Below are positions 25,679-40,919 of a stretch of DNA of 64,000 bases, in pieces (positions within the stretch are counted from its first letter, which is position 1; each line of letters begins with the position of its first letter). Origin of the DNA: Octopus sinensis (taxonomy: Eukaryota). The position numbers were made by a program, and so were the translations under genes. Location: positions 52,080,001 through 52,144,000 of the forward strand of contig NC_043005.1 of assembly GCF_006345805.1 (NCBI RefSeq), given 5' to 3'. The notes under the pieces were generated by a model. It made no database searches, was not told where the DNA came from, and worked only from the letters and a program-made list of their open reading frames with translations.

Positions 25679-25907
25679 GTGTGTATGTATATATATATAT
25701 AATTAGAAACACAAAGGAATAAGAAATGATAACATGAAGTTCATTTGTTTACTACTGTTTCTACTATAAGATGCAATGCACGCATAGTTGAGTGCTTGTG
25801 TATCACCCGATGGCTTCATCAGAGCTTCAAACAAGAAGTGCAATTTTATTCGGGGAAAACATTTACATTTATATAATATAATATAATATAAGATTATATA
25901 TATATTA

Positions 25908-26008
<101 letters not shown>

Positions 26009-27595
26009 GAGAGGTTGGGTAGAAGAAAATAGATGGCGATCGGTTGTTTATGATTTTATTCAACATATTCCCTTGTCAGATTGACCCTATTGCTGCAACG
26101 GTCCTTCAGTTTGTCTAATCTCTGTAAAAAGACTCAGAATGTTGGGCCTACAACTGGGCCTTTCGCGAAACCTTAAAACCAGGAACATTTCAGCATTAAC
26201 TCATGTACATATATGTATGTGTGTGTATATATGTGTGTGTGTGTGTGCGTGTGTGTGTGTGTGTGCGTGTGTGTGTGTGTATAAAATATTCTCGTTAGTA
26301 TTTATAAGAAAACTAATAGCATTCATTTTGGTATTGCCTGCTGTCCCTGGGTATTTAGTGGGATTCTGTTAAGAGCATGGTATAACGCGTTCTCAAACTA
26401 TTACATACAGAATTATTATGAAAAAGGTTAATAAATTTTCGGAAAGAATTCAGATATTGATTTTGGAAAAACTGGGATATGTATCTTAAAACTTTTAACT
26501 GTTGCTCGGAGGGACAACGAATTTTTTAAAAGTATATATAGGAGTAATTTCTAGTATAGAGCTTAAATTGAATCGTTCGAACGATTAGTCTTCATTGTAG
26601 GGGCAGTTGTGACTCTGTGATAAGAAGCCTGCTTCCCAAACACATGGTTCCGGGTCTAGTCCCACTGCGCGCCACCTCGGGCAACTGCTTCCTATTGTAG
26701 CCTTGCACCGACCAAAGTTTTGTGGGTGTATTGGTAGACGGAAACTGAAAGAAGCCTGTCGTATATATGTTATTTTATTAATCTATTTACAGTTCTAGGG
26801 AGAGTATTCTTTAGGTTATTAATTGCTTTTTCTTTCATACATTCGCAAAGTATATTATTCCATTATGTTTAATAAATTTCTATTTACTACTTGTTTGTTT
26901 TAATGATTTATAGCTTTTAAGTTCAACAGTTCTTTGAGTGGAAATGTTCGTTGTAATATATGTTACTGTTTTCTATACTCTATTTTTTAAATTTCAATGC
27001 TTCATAACCGAAGGAATGTTATGATTTATGTTTGCAACTTAGGGCTTATATTCGTCTTCTTTCCTCTTTGTAATAACACTCAGAATAAATAGCGATAGAC
27101 ATAATGAACGTGTTGTGCATATGTTTTACCCCAGATTCTTGTCTATTAATTCTTAGGCAGCATTTATGTTTTTGACACCTTTGGCAGCTCCGGATGGGAC
27201 GGTATTGCTTAAGTGTCGAAACCATAATGATACTCGTTAGGCAGTTGATGATGGGATATATAGGTCCCATGTGCTTACTTATTTGTATGTAATTTCGCCT
27301 GAAAAATATTCGTATATTGATTTATCATTGTTTCCAAGGTGTCCTTCATTGAGATTCTAGTACTGTTAAGTGCCCAACTTGTCAAGGGAATGAATAGTTT
27401 TCAGTTGTTTTGTTGAACACAAACACATACAAACGCGACGCAGGTATATCTATGAAAATATAGATAGATAGTGCATGAAATATATGACTACATACAAATA
27501 TATAATATACATACACATTATATATATATACATCATGATTGCTCGCTCGTCACTAAACCTTTCTTATTTTCTCTCACTGTTTATTTCTTTGTTCC

Positions 27596-27629
27596 TTTCT
27601 GTTGAAGAGCGTAGGCTCGAAACGTAAGA
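27596..27629 (+). ncRNA. Minimal hammerhead ribozyme in a solo pLTR-like cassette (~27535-27710)
   Basis: TTT CTGTTGA A GAGC-GTAG-GCTC GAAAC GT A AGA, identical in core and stem II to the pLTR ribozyme; flanks are homologous to the pLTR. Confidence 0.7.
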
Positions 27630-28705
27630 CTTTCTCACTTCTCGAGCGTTAAACTAATACATTTGTTTGTTATTTACACACCCGTCTTCGTCTTTTTTTT
27701 TGTAAATTCCAAGTATTTTTATGTGTGTGTTTGTGTGTATGCGTGTATGTCTTTTACTCTTTTAATGGTTTTAGTCATTAATGGTTTTAGTCATTTGACT
27801 GTGGCCATGCTGGAGCACTGCCTTTAGTCGAGCAAATCGACTCCAGGACTTATTCTTTGTAAGCCTAGTACTTATTCTATCGGTCTCTTTTACTGAACCG
27901 CTAAGTTACGGGGACGTAAACATACCAGCATCGGTTGTGAAGCGATGTTGGGGTGACAAACACAGACACGCAAACATATACACACACATACATATATACA
28001 TATATATACATATATACGACGGGCTTCTTTCTGTTTCGGTCTACCAAATCCACCCATAAGGTTTTAGTCGGCTCGAAGCTATAGTAGAAGACACTTGCCC
28101 AAGGTGCCACGCAGAGGGACTGATCCCTCATTAGACTGCGGCCATGCTGGGACAGCGCCTTCATAAAACTTTTGTCAGATGAATCGACTCCAGTCCTTAA
28201 TCTTTAAAAGCCTGGTACCTATTTCATCGGTCTATTTTACCGAACCTCTAGTTTACGTATGCGTATACACCCCAATAACAATTGTCAGGCGGTGACGGGT
28301 GACGAATGCAGGCACAAATATACATAAATATACACATACTTTCAGCGGTGGTGCCCCAGCATGGCCGCGGCCTTCGGGCTAAAACATTTTTAAGGATTTA
28401 AAGATTTATACTTATGTACATATATACGGCGGGTTTCTTTTAGTTTCCGTCTACCAATTTCACTCACGAAGCTTTAGTCAGCCTTGTGCTATAGTAAAAG
28501 ACACTTACCCAAGGACACACACACACACGCACAATAGAACGGGCTTCTTTCAGTTTCTACCTATCAAATCCACTCGCAAGTCTTTGGTCAGTTCGTAGCT
28601 GTAGCAGTACATACTTACCCAAGGTGCTACGCAGTGGGAGTGAATCCGGAACCATGTGTTTGGGAAGCAAACTTCATAAGATGTTGCCATGTCTGCGCCG
28701 ATATA

Positions 28706-29093
28706 TCTTTATATATAAAAGTCAAGTTGTGTGTCTGTCTCCTACGATTTAGATTCCTAACTACTCCCACATTTTGCGGTGCAGTGTAACCAAAAGCGGA
28801 TATCTTATAGTCGTGATTCATATCGAGCCCTTCTGGGTATTAGCGCGCGTCTACGATGAATCTACGATTTTAAAAATAATTTACCATCATTTTTTTTCCA
28901 TTTTAATGCATTTTTTCGCTATTATATAAGGGAAGTAACTCTCTAAAAATGTCTACGATGAGTCAACGATTTAAAAAAAAATTTACCATAATTTTTTTCC
29001 ATTTTTTTTGCTATTTTTTGGCTATAACTCTCTAAAAATGCTTATATAGTTATTTCCCTTACAAACCCGAGCAACGCCGGGAGATACTGCTAG
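28706..29093 (+). mobile_element. Non-autonomous Helitron
   Basis: A|TCtttatatataaaa start, cccgagcaacgccggg hairpin, CTAG|T end; inserted between A and T with no TSD; second copy at 44230. Confidence 0.85.
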
Positions 29094-29835
29094 TATGAAA
29101 TAAAACAGTCTCAAGGTCACTTCATTATATCCATTCTGTCACTTTCTTAAAACATATCACCATTTTCTCTCTCAGCTTCATCTCCCACACCTGGCCTCCT
29201 CCAAACACAAGTATCATGAAGCAAGATTTGAATTACTTAATGCATGGTTCTTTACGCTGTGCACCTCTGACTAAGAGAATTGGGTCTCTTAACCAGGAAT
29301 CCCGTGACATGGAAGTATACCCAAAGGAAGGCTTCATCTCAGGACCTCAAAGTTTAGTAAAATGTTCACCAGGATTAAATGGTGCTAACCTTCGTTTATT
29401 GAATCGCAATACTCGCCATGTTGCGGCTTATTCTCTAAGCTTACGTCGATGTATGTGTATGTATAAGTGCGCGTGTGTGTTTGCGACTATGTGACTGTGG
29501 ATGTAAGTATGTGTATATATGTATGCATGTATGTGTGTGTGCATCCGTATGTGCGTAAGCAGTGTTCTAAGCTGGCCTCTGTAATAATGGCTAAAACAAA
29601 CTGAAGCCTGGTGAAATAGACTGAAGTCTGCCTCTCCATCTATTTTGTTCTACCTATCTCCATATGTCTGTCTGTCTGTCTCTATTTCATAGATAAATAT
29701 ATGTAAATATATACATACACACACACACATATATGTACTGAAAATTAAACGCATGTATACAGACTTATGCATAAATTCACAGGCCTACACTGCACACACA
29801 CATATACATATGCACACAGACACTGTATATATATT

Positions 29836-30134
29836 GCTTGTTCCTTCTCAAGCCACGCTTGGCTCATAAGGGCCGGTTTCCCGGTTTCCTTGGCGTATAG
29901 TTTCCCCACCTGGATGCGACGCCGGTCCGTCGCAGGTGAGCTGCTAGATGCATGAGGAAAGAGTGAGAGAAAGTTGTGGCGAAAGAGTAAGCAGAAGTTC
30001 GCCATTACCTTCTGCCGGAGCCGCGTGGAGCTTAGGTGCTTCGCTCATAAACACACACATCGCCCGGTCTGAGATTCGAACCCGCAATCCCTCGACCGGG
30101 AGTCCGCTGTTCTAACCACAAGGCCATGTGCCTC

Positions 30135-30137
<3 letters not shown>
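29836..30137 (-). mobile_element. tRNA-derived SINE (head D + tail 1)
   Basis: Head tgtggaggcacatggccttgtggttagaacagcggactc...gttcgaatc; tail homologous to that of 636-906. Confidence 0.8.
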
Positions 30138-30222
<85 letters not shown>

Positions 30223-30287
30223 GGTCCCGGGTTGAGTCGGGGTTAACCACAGTAAATAAGGTACTCAATACATGGCAGAGTAAAGTA

Positions 30288-30419
30288 ATTTATTTTATAG
30301 AAGGAGCTTCTACAGGACTAGAACTGTTTCATTCAGTTGAAATCTTCAGGAGGCTTCCTGAAGATTTCATCTGAATGAAACAGTTCTAGTCCTGTAGAAG
30401 CTCCTTCTATAAAATAAAT
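30288..30419. repeat. 132-bp hairpin/inverted repeat
   Basis: Arms 30288-30351 and 30356-30419 (64 bp each, 1 mismatch) with a 4-nt spacer. Confidence 0.9.
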
Positions 30420-31751
30420 ATATATATATAGAGAGAGAGAGAGTACAGTACTTCGCGGATTTTCATCTATCGTGGGGGTTTTGGAACATAATACCGGCAG
30501 TAGTTGAGGATTACTGTATTTATTTAGAGCAAGGCGACAAACTGATATAATCGTTAAGTTTAGCGGTATTTTGTTCGTCTTCACTTTCTGAGTTCAAATT
30601 CCGCCCAGGTCGACTTTGACTTTCATCCTTTCAGGGTCGATAAAATAATTATCTGTTGAACACTGGGATCGATGTAACCGACTTACCCAACCATTGAATT
30701 TGCTGGCCTTGTGCCAAAATTTGAAATCAATATTCATTTAAAGCAAGGTGAATTGGAATATTTAGAGGCGATTTTGATACTTTAAATTTTTTATATCACA
30801 GACAAAGATCTCCGTCGGTCGATAATCTGGCACTGGACGAGGGCCGGTTGGTCCGATCAATGAAACAGCCTGTTGGTGAGAATAACTGAGCTCTCCACAG
30901 ACACACATACCAATTAAGTAGTTCACAGGTAAATTCAGCGTGACACCGAATGTGATGGGGATGGCCCTTTAAAATACTGGTACAAATCATTTCTGCTGGC
31001 TGAGCGGACCGGAGCAAAGTAAAATGATGTGTTTTGCTCTAGGATATAACGCGCCACCTAGAGTCGAACTCGTGACCCTACGAGCTTACGATATATAGCC
31101 GTATACCCTAATCACTAAGCCACGCGCCTTCACCGCCAGTAATCTTTTCATTCCTCTTCTACATTCTCTTTAGACACAATTGTTATTACTAAAGTTATAG
31201 AATCTATTGTGTGACATATTAAACATTCATAAATTCAAGACAAATAATTTTAAATCTAGGTTGACCGCATAGAAAGGAAATTAGTAAAAAGGAAGAACAG
31301 GAAAGCAAAAAGTAACGACATACAAGATGCCATATCGCAGCTTTTATCATTCCATCTTTGTCTGTCTATCTGTATATCTATATATCTGAGTATCTCTATC
31401 TGTCTTTCTATATCTCCCTTCTTTACGTATCTTTCTCCATCTTCTTCCCTCTTAATTTCTTAACAAACATCCATGAACACAAAATTACAGACTACATATG
31501 CAATCACAGATTCACATATACATATTAACTGATAAATATACACATACATATGAATACAATCACAAACCCAGACATCAAAACACCGACACGCACACACACA
31601 CACGCACGCATGCACACATATACACGCACCAATGCACGCTTAAAGAATATAAAGGTAGAGGTAAATGATTAAGTAGATAGATAGATATATAGATATATCG
31701 ATAGATAGATAGACAGACAAATAGATAGAATACACACACACAAACGCACAA

Positions 31752-31783
<32 letters not shown>

Positions 31784-31817
31784 GTATATATATATTGAGA
31801 GAGAGTGACATAGATAA

Positions 31818-31890
<73 letters not shown>

Positions 31891-32304
31891 GACAGAGAGA
31901 GAAAGCGATAAGGAGAATTGTTTGCAACTACTAATCTACTACTATTAGAAATGAAATATTGGGTTTTTCAGTTTTCAGTTTTCGAACATCACAGAGGAAT
32001 AAGAATAACTTATATATATACGTCTGTATACATCTATATAGTACCAGTCCAGTTCACTGTATTGCTGGTATAGATAGTTAGAACGCTTAACTGTATTTCA
32101 TGCCTTGTCTCTTAAGTCTGTCTGTTTTGAGTTCCAAACTCACAATCTGTAATAGAAAAACTTGGTCCTTCGCAACCTCGTAAGACGCTGATAAGTTTAT
32201 GGAAAATCCTTAGGCATGTTCCCTGTAAGGATTTCAATTTTGTCAGTGGCAATATAAAAGCTGTTAAGAAAGAATGCAAAGAGCCTTTCAAGTCTTAGTC
32301 ATTG

Positions 32305-32360
<56 letters not shown>

Positions 32361-32419
32361 TATCTATGAGTTTCTCTGTCTATCTGTCTGTCAACCTATC
32401 TCTCTAATACTTATAGGCA

Positions 32420-32581
<162 letters not shown>

Positions 32582-33184
32582 GAGTTTCTCTGTCTATCTG
32601 TCTGTCAACCTATCTCTCTAATACTTATAGGCAACAGCCTATTCCAATATCTATAAGTGTAAGCATTGTGATGTTATGTGAGTGTATATTCTCTGCGTAT
32701 TATAGATACGTGTATTTTACATATGTGTGTATTTGTGCATATTCGGGTGTGTCTGTACGTATGAGTACATGTATATATAATTATATGTGTGTGTGTGTCT
32801 GTGTCTGTGTGTGCTGTGTAGTCTTGTGAATTTATGTATAGGTCTGTAAGCATACGTTTAATTTTCTATACATTATTTTATGTACACCTACAACTAACAC
32901 TCCTTTACATGTGTACTCATATATATATATATATATTCAGATTATGTTTCTATATATGTTTGTGTATGTGTGTGTATGTGTGTGTGTGTTTGTGTGTATG
33001 TAAGCAGTGTTCCAAGCTGGCGTCTATAATAATGGCTAAAACAAACTGATGTCTGGTGAAATAAATTGAAGGCTGCCTCTCCCTCTTTTTTGTTACACCT
33101 ATGTCTGCCTGTCTGTCTCTATAACATAGATAAATATATGTAAATACATACATACATATATATGTATATATATGTATATATATG

Positions 33185-33241
<57 letters not shown>

Positions 33242-33305
33242 GTATATATAATTAATATTTAACTGAAACAACAGTGTGACTCAAAGTCCGAAAGGTTCGT
33301 ATATA

Positions 33306-33341
<36 letters not shown>

Positions 33342-33683
33342 ACGTTAAGCTTTTGCCTTACAGGATGAGGGTATTGGCTGAATGGTTAGCGTTACGGATA
33401 AAATCCGTTTGCGGTGTTCTTTGCTCCCTTAGTTGAAGACCCTCTGCCCTCCACAGCATGAATTTGGTAAAATTAAGGATTTCCTTCCCCCCACACTATG
33501 CGTATGAAACAAATCACTTTTAGTTTTTTTTTGAATTTTGAAAATTATTAGAAGAAAAAATTAAGAAACCCGCCCTCCAGATAAATTAAAAAGAAATCAG
33601 GCAATAAAAAATAGAAATAAGTTATTGATGAAAGATATAAGCCAATACAGCACAACATAAAGTCCCAGTTACCAGTCAATTCA

Positions 33684-33714
<31 letters not shown>

Positions 33715-33756
33715 CATACATACATACATACATACATGCATGCATACATACATACA

Positions 33757-33790
<34 letters not shown>

Positions 33791-33859
33791 CATACATAAA
33801 TATCTACCTGTTTATCAATATATATATATATATGATTACAAATATATGTATATATATAT

Positions 33860-34276
33860 ATATGAGTGGCTGTGTGGTAAGTAGCTTGCTAACCAAGCAT
33901 ATGGTTCCGGGTTCAGTCCCACTGCGTGGCATCTTGGGCAAGTGTCTTCTGCTATAGCCCCGGGCCGACCAATGCCTTGTGAGTGGATTTGGTAGACGGA
34001 AACTGAAAGAAGCCTGTCGTATATATGTATACATATATATATGTATGTGTGTGTATTTGTGTGTCTGTGTTTGTCCCCCTAGCATTGCTTGACAATCGAT
34101 GCTTGTGTGTTTACGTCCCCGACACTTAGCGGTTCGGCAAAAGAGACCGCTAGAATAAGTACTGGGCTTACAAAGAATAAGTCCCGTGGTCGATTTGCTC
34201 GACTAAAGGCGGTGCTCCAGCATGGCCGCAGTCAAATGACTGAAACAAGTAAACAAGTATATATATATATATATAT

Positions 34277-34367
<91 letters not shown>

Positions 34368-34740
34368 TGTGTGTGTGTGTAGGAATGACTGTGTGGTAAG
34401 TAAGTTACTTACCAACCACATGGTTCCGTGTTCAGTCCAACTTCGTGGCACCTTAGGCAAGTGTCTTCTTTTACGAGAGCCGCGGACCGACCAAGGTCTT
34501 GTGAGTGAATTTGATAGACGGAAACTGAAATAAGCCCTTCCTATATATGCACATATACACGATTGTATGTCTGTATTTGTCATCCCCACAATCGCTTGGC
34601 AACCGATGTTGGTGTGTTTACGTTCTCGTAACCTGGCGGTTCGGCAAAAGGGAACGTTGGAATAAGTACTAGGCTTACAAAAAATAAGTCCTGAAGTTGA
34701 TTCGTTCGACTAAATGCAATAATACAGCATGGCCGCAGTC
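33860..34740 (+). mobile_element. Two tandem SINE family B copies
   Basis: Copies at ~33860-34255 and ~34380-34740, both reaching gcatggccgcagtca at the 3' end. Confidence 0.85.
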
Positions 34741-34752
34741 ACACACACACGC

Positions 34753-34826
<74 letters not shown>

Positions 34827-34946
34827 GCACGTATACATGTGTGTATACATGTAAATTTGTTGTGTGTACATATATAACTATATACATATAAACATGTATA
34901 TGTATATATGTGTGAGTGTGTATGTAGGTATGCATGTGTCTATATA

Positions 34947-35012
<66 letters not shown>

Positions 35013-35524
35013 TATATATATGCGAATACTTATTTTTCTTTTCTTTATCTCGTTATCTTTATTTCAGTGATGCGACTGCGGCCATCCTGGGGCACCGTTT
35101 TAAAGGGTTTCTGGTCGAACAAATCGACCGCATGACTACTTTTTTTAAAGCCTAGTACATATTCTATCGTCTGCGTTTGCCGAACTGCTAAGTTATGTGG
35201 ACGTAAACACATCTACACCAGTTGTCAAGCGACAGTGAGGAACAATCACAGACAGAAAGACACACGCACACGCACCCACGCACACTCATACACACATAGA
35301 GACACACAGACACAAACACCCACGCATATACGACGGGCTTCTTTCAGTTTCCACCTACCAAATCCACTCACAAAGCTTGGGTCGGCCCGAGGCTAAAGTA
35401 GAAGTCACTTATCGAAAGGTGCCACACAGTGGGTTTGAACCCGGAACCACGTGGTAGGGAATTGAGCCTCTTAGAACACGACCGTGCTTACGCGTAGTGC
35501 TACAGTTTACTGTTCTGTTAATAA

Positions 35525-35559
<35 letters not shown>

Positions 35560-35573
35560 ATATGTTATTTGGA

Positions 35574-35940
35574 TGTGGAGGCGCAATGGCCCAGTGGTTA
35601 GGGCAGCGGACTCGCGGTCATAGTATCGCGGTTTCGATTCCCAGATCGGGCGTTGTTAGTGTTTATTGAGCGAAAACACCTAAAAAGCCCACGAGGCTCC
35701 GGCAGGGGATGGTGGTGATCCCTGCTGTACTCTGTCACTACAACTTTCTCTCACTCTTACTTCCTGTTTCTGTTGTACCTGTATTTAAAGGGGCCGGCCT
35801 TGTCACTCTCTGTGTCACGCTGAATGTCCCCGTGTCTGTGGAGTGCTCAGCCACTTACACGTTAATTTCACGAGCAGGCTGTTCCGTTGATTCAGATCAA
35901 CCGGAACCCTCATCGTCGTAACCGACTGAGTGCTTCCATA
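35574..35940 (+). mobile_element. tRNA-derived SINE (head D + tail 2)
   Basis: Head homologous to 29836-30137, tail homologous to ~6600-6773; 9-bp TSD ttatttgga at 35565-35573 and 35941-35949. Confidence 0.85.
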
Positions 35941-36112
35941 TTATTTGGACATTATTGGGACATTATTAGAACAGTCATTCCGTTTACCTTACCACCTGTG
36001 GCTGACTAGTTAGACAATCAATTATATTTTCTCTGCCCCTCCATGCCTCTTCTTCCTTTCACTTTCTCGTTTCTCATCACGTGATTAAGGGCTTCTCTTG
36101 TGACAAGGTTGT

Positions 36113-36148
<36 letters not shown>

Positions 36149-36964
36149 AACATGTATGTGTATATATAGTGAGGTTGCATGGTCTTATCGTTAGTGTGTT
36201 GCAGTTAGGAACGCAAGATTGTTGTTTCGATACTCAAACCGGCTTTGCATTCTGTTTCTGAGCAAAACGCTTTATTAGTCATTGCTGAGACAGAGTGGTG
36301 TTCTGTTTAGAAGGAAGTTTGACCTGCCCACCTAACCAATACAGTGGTATCATTCAAAAGCTACAACAACGCGAGAATGCGCTTTGTAACCCAAGCGCTT
36401 TTTCGTCCGAGTCGTAAGGTTGCGTTTTGGCTTCCCGGCGATGCATTGTGTCCTTGAGCAAGACACTACGTTCCGCATTGCTCTAGTCCACTCAGCTGCC
36501 TAATATGAGTTACACCTGTATTTCTAAGTGTCACCCTTGTCACAACTTGAACTTGTACATCATTTCAATTCTACTGCGTGACACCTTGGGGCAAGTATTT
36601 TCCACTATAGATGCGCGCCGACTGAAGACTTTGTGAGTGAATTTAGGAGAACTCAGAGTAAACTGTCGTCAATATGTATGTAATACACGCTCACACACAC
36701 ACAAACACATTTATATACACAGAAGCACACTCATACACACATTCATACACACACATATCTGTATGTATGTATATGTTTGTGTTTGATTCTCACCACTAAT
36801 ATTGACAACCAATGGCGGTTTGTTTACGCACCCATCAGCTGATTTGAAATGCCGATAAAACAAGTACTAGTTAAAAAAAAATTACTGGATCCAATTCGTT
36901 CAAGTATATCCCATCAAGTTGGTGCTACATCATGGCCGCATTTCAATAATAGAAACAAGTAAAA

Positions 36965-37014
<50 letters not shown>

Positions 37015-37859
37015 CACACACACACATATATATATATATATATTAAAGTAGCTGTGTGGTAAGTAGCTTGCGTACGAAATACATAGTTCCCGCTGCATGG
37101 CACATTGGGCAAGTGTCTACAACTATAGCCTCGGACCCACTAAAGCTTCATGAGTGGATTTGGTAGACGGAAACTGGAAGAAGCCTGTCGTATATATATA
37201 TTATGTGCGTGTGTATATATGTGTATGTGTTTGTGTGTCTGTGTTTGCCCCCCCCCCATCGCTTCACAACCGATGTTGGTGTGTTTACGAACGCGTAACT
37301 TATCGGTTCGGCAAAAGAGCCCGATAGAATAAGTGCTAGGCTTACAAAGAATAAGTCCTGGAGTGCTCCAAAATGGCCGCAATCAAATGACTGAATCAAC
37401 TAAAAGAATAAAAGAAAATTATATATATATATATGAAAGAGAGGGGAAGAGAGGGAGAGCGAAAGAGAGAGATAATCTATGAAGGACTTTATCTAATGAG
37501 AAAATAAATTATACCAGCAACATCTTGTGTTTTTAATTAATTGAAACCCTGTAGCTTGTGACTCCACTGACTTTTGCTATACAAATAACTTTCGCTAAAC
37601 AAGTACAGCAAATGAAGAAGACACACGTCGTCACCTTCCTATTAGAATTAGTAGTAAATTCTCCTTCAAAATTGCTCTGTAAAGTCTTATAAAATGTGAG
37701 CTGCATTGGGTAGTATAGTGTTAGATACATTTTGTATATCTTGGATGGTCACGGTTGGGACAGCTTTTATTCTTTTACTTGTTTTAGTCATAGACTGCGG
37801 CTATGCTGAGGCACTGCCTTGAAGACTTTAGTCGAAGAAACCCACTCCAGTACTCATAT

Positions 37860-38572
37860 TCTTTTCCACTCTAGGCACAAGGCCCGAAATTTTTGAGGAA
37901 TGGGATCGTCACCAGTATGCAACTGGTACTTAATTTATCGAGCCCGAAAGGAAGAAAGACAAAGTCGACCTCGGCGGAATTTGAACTCAGAACGTAAAGA
38001 CAGACGAAATGCCGCTAAGCATTTCGCCCGGCGTGCTAACTTTTTTTATTTCTTTATTGCCCATAAGGGGCTAAACATAGAAGAGACAAACAAGGACAGA
38101 TAAAGGGATTAAGTCGATTACATCGACCCCAGTGCGTAACTGGTACTTAATTTATCAACCCCGAAAGGATGAAAGGCAAAGTCAAGCTCAGAGGAATTTG
38201 AACTCAAAACGTAACGGCAGACGAAATACCTATTTCTTTACTACCCACAAGGGGCTAAACACTTTCGATCAAAGATGTGTGTGCATGTGTATGTGTGTAT
38301 GTATGTGCGTGTATGTATGTTTATTCGCTTGCAGACTTACACATATACACGCGACAGAGGATTTTGTATGTGTGTGTGCGTGTGTGTGTGCTAACAAGGA
38401 CAGACAAACGGATTAAGTCGATTATATCGCCCCCAGTGCGTAACTAGTACTTATTTAATCGACCCGAAGGCAAAGACGACCTTGGCGGGCTTTGAACTCT
38501 GAACGTAACTGCAGACTAAATACCACTAAGCATTTCGCCCGGCGTGCTAACGTTTCTACCAGCTCGCCGCCT
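37860..38572 (-). mobile_element. Multimeric SINE family C (Deu/Nin-domain-like)
   Basis: Repeated gttcaaattcc...ctttgcctttcatcctttcggg...gataaattaagtaccag units on the minus strand. Confidence 0.8.
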
Positions 38573-40699
38573 TACTCCAATACTCATATTGTTTAAAGCC
38601 TTGTACTTATACTATCAGTCTCTTTTTGATGAACCAAAGTATATACACATACAACGCACGCACACAATCGCATACACACACACGCACACACACGCATATA
38701 CGACAATCTTCTTTCAGTTTCCGTCTACCAAATCCACTCACGAGGTTTTGGTCGGACCAGTGCTATTGTAGGAGACACATGTCGAAAGGTACCACGCGAT
38801 GGGACTGATACCGGACCCATGTGCTTGCGAAGCAAACTTCTAACCACACAGCCATGCCTATGGCTATGTGATCCCTTCTGACCTAGGGCTAAAGACAGTC
38901 AGCAGCAACAATACTATGTGCCGCTTGATTGCTAGAGACAACAGCTAACATTTTTCATTGGCTTCAAATAAAGGGATACGTTTTTTTTTTTATATATATA
39001 CGATATAGAATGGAAAAGACGGCGTCTGTGACTTTATATCAAGGCCTCTGTGACGAACATGAACGAGGGACGATAACACTATGAGTTCCGATAAAATTCC
39101 TCCCGACAAGGGTTAGCTGATGTTGCAAAACCGAGTGACAGAAAAAGTTTATGACTTCGAAAAGATGAAACTATCTTTCTGACGGCTCACGCACTAGTCT
39201 TTGGCGGTTGTGTAGATAGGTGAGGCCGATGATGGCTGCGCGCCGTGGGCGACGCTATTATGGAAGAGGTACTTTTGAGTCTGTTGCATAAGTTCGAATA
39301 GAGACCAGAGTATATGAGTGACAGACTCAGACTCTTGCTACCCGATTGAGGTCAGGTCGATATAAATCTACGATAGAAGATATTTGTCCAGGGCACCGTC
39401 CTTAGTGACACACACGGGCATTAGACAATATAGAACTGCTGGATATTCGTAAATGAAACTGGAGGTTCACAGCGGAAATCAGTATTGACATGAGATTAAA
39501 TGATAACAATAATAGCACATTACTTGTGTATGTGGAGTGCAGTGGAATCGATGTGAAACTGCATGAATCGAACCCCAAACGCCCGATACTGAGTTTAATA
39601 TATTGGCAGTGCACATTTTTTTAAAGAATATACTGCTCTCCAATCCAATAAACAACCTCAAAATACATACATTTAAACATACGTACACATACACACGCAT
39701 ATACAGTTTCCTTTCTGGAATGGTGAATCTTGAAGCAGATTAAGCTATAAGTATTAGTCTGTGAATGTTGAGTTTATAAAAATCCCTTTAAATAGAGAGA
39801 GTCGAAAGCTGCCACTGTGACTCGAACCTTCGTCTCCTGTATAGTACCAATTTGCTTTCGATCAAAGATGTGTGTGCATGTGTATGTGTGTATGTATGTG
39901 CGCATATATATGTATATTCGCTTGCAGACTTACACATATACAAGCGACAGAGGATTCTGTATGCGTGTGTGTGTGCATGTGTGTGTGTCTGCGTGTGGTG
40001 TGTGTGAGAGAGAGAGAGAGAGAGAGCAAAGATGACTAGAATAAATGAGTGAGTGAATCTGTTAAGTAAACTGCTATAGTTAATGACAACTAAACAACAT
40101 TTACACAGACCTACAATAGTTGTTGAACTGTTATCGTACTGTGTCTGTGTGTTCGTACCTGATATAACATTGCTTCACATTCAGCGAACGTGTGCAGTAC
40201 TATATACTGTATCATATAATAATCATGTAAAGTGGACGTAGGTATGGTCAGATGGTGGCGAAGTACGCTTCGCAATAATGTGGTCTTAGTTTCGATCCCA
40301 CCGCTTGGCATCATCGGGCATTTTAACCGACGAACTGGCTCAATCGTTAAGAGAATCGTTTGTAATGCTTCGCGATTTCAATTCCGTCTTGCTTCTAATG
40401 TGTTCTGAGTTCAAATCTCGCTCTGGTCAACTCGTACTTCCTTTGTTCCAAGGCCGCTGCATATATTTCTCAAATAGTGTTGAGGGCTCGTAGTATCGGC
40501 AGAATGTCAGGGACGGTAATATTTTTGCAGTATTTATTTTCGTCGTTTGGAATCAGAGTTAAGGATCTCTAAAAGATCAACTTTGCCTTCCATTTATATA
40601 GGATCGGATCGAGAAATCTCCAGTTTCGAGTGCTGATCGGCGTAGACACTAATTTGAGCAAAGTGTCCGTTCATATTCAGCCACACAAACATAAGATAT

Positions 40700-40859
40700 C
40701 ATAGGCGTGGTTGTGTGGTAAGAATATTGCTTCTCAACCACATGGTTCCGGATTCAGTTCCACTGTGTGAAATTTTGGGCAAGTGACTTTTACTATAGCC
40801 TCAGGCCGACCAAAGCCTTGTGGAAGGATATGATGGACGGAAACTGAAAGAAGCCTGTC

Positions 40860-40919
<60 letters not shown>

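Noticed and set aside
27000-27400. Possible degraded GIY-YIG C-terminus near the solo ribozyme cassette
   Set aside because: Similarity is limited to a few residues and is on the strand opposite the cassette.
29175-29494. Open frame after a good acceptor on +; similar unique stretches at 39050-39600 and 60100-60300
   Set aside because: No recognisable domain or clear donor; cannot be supported without transcript data.
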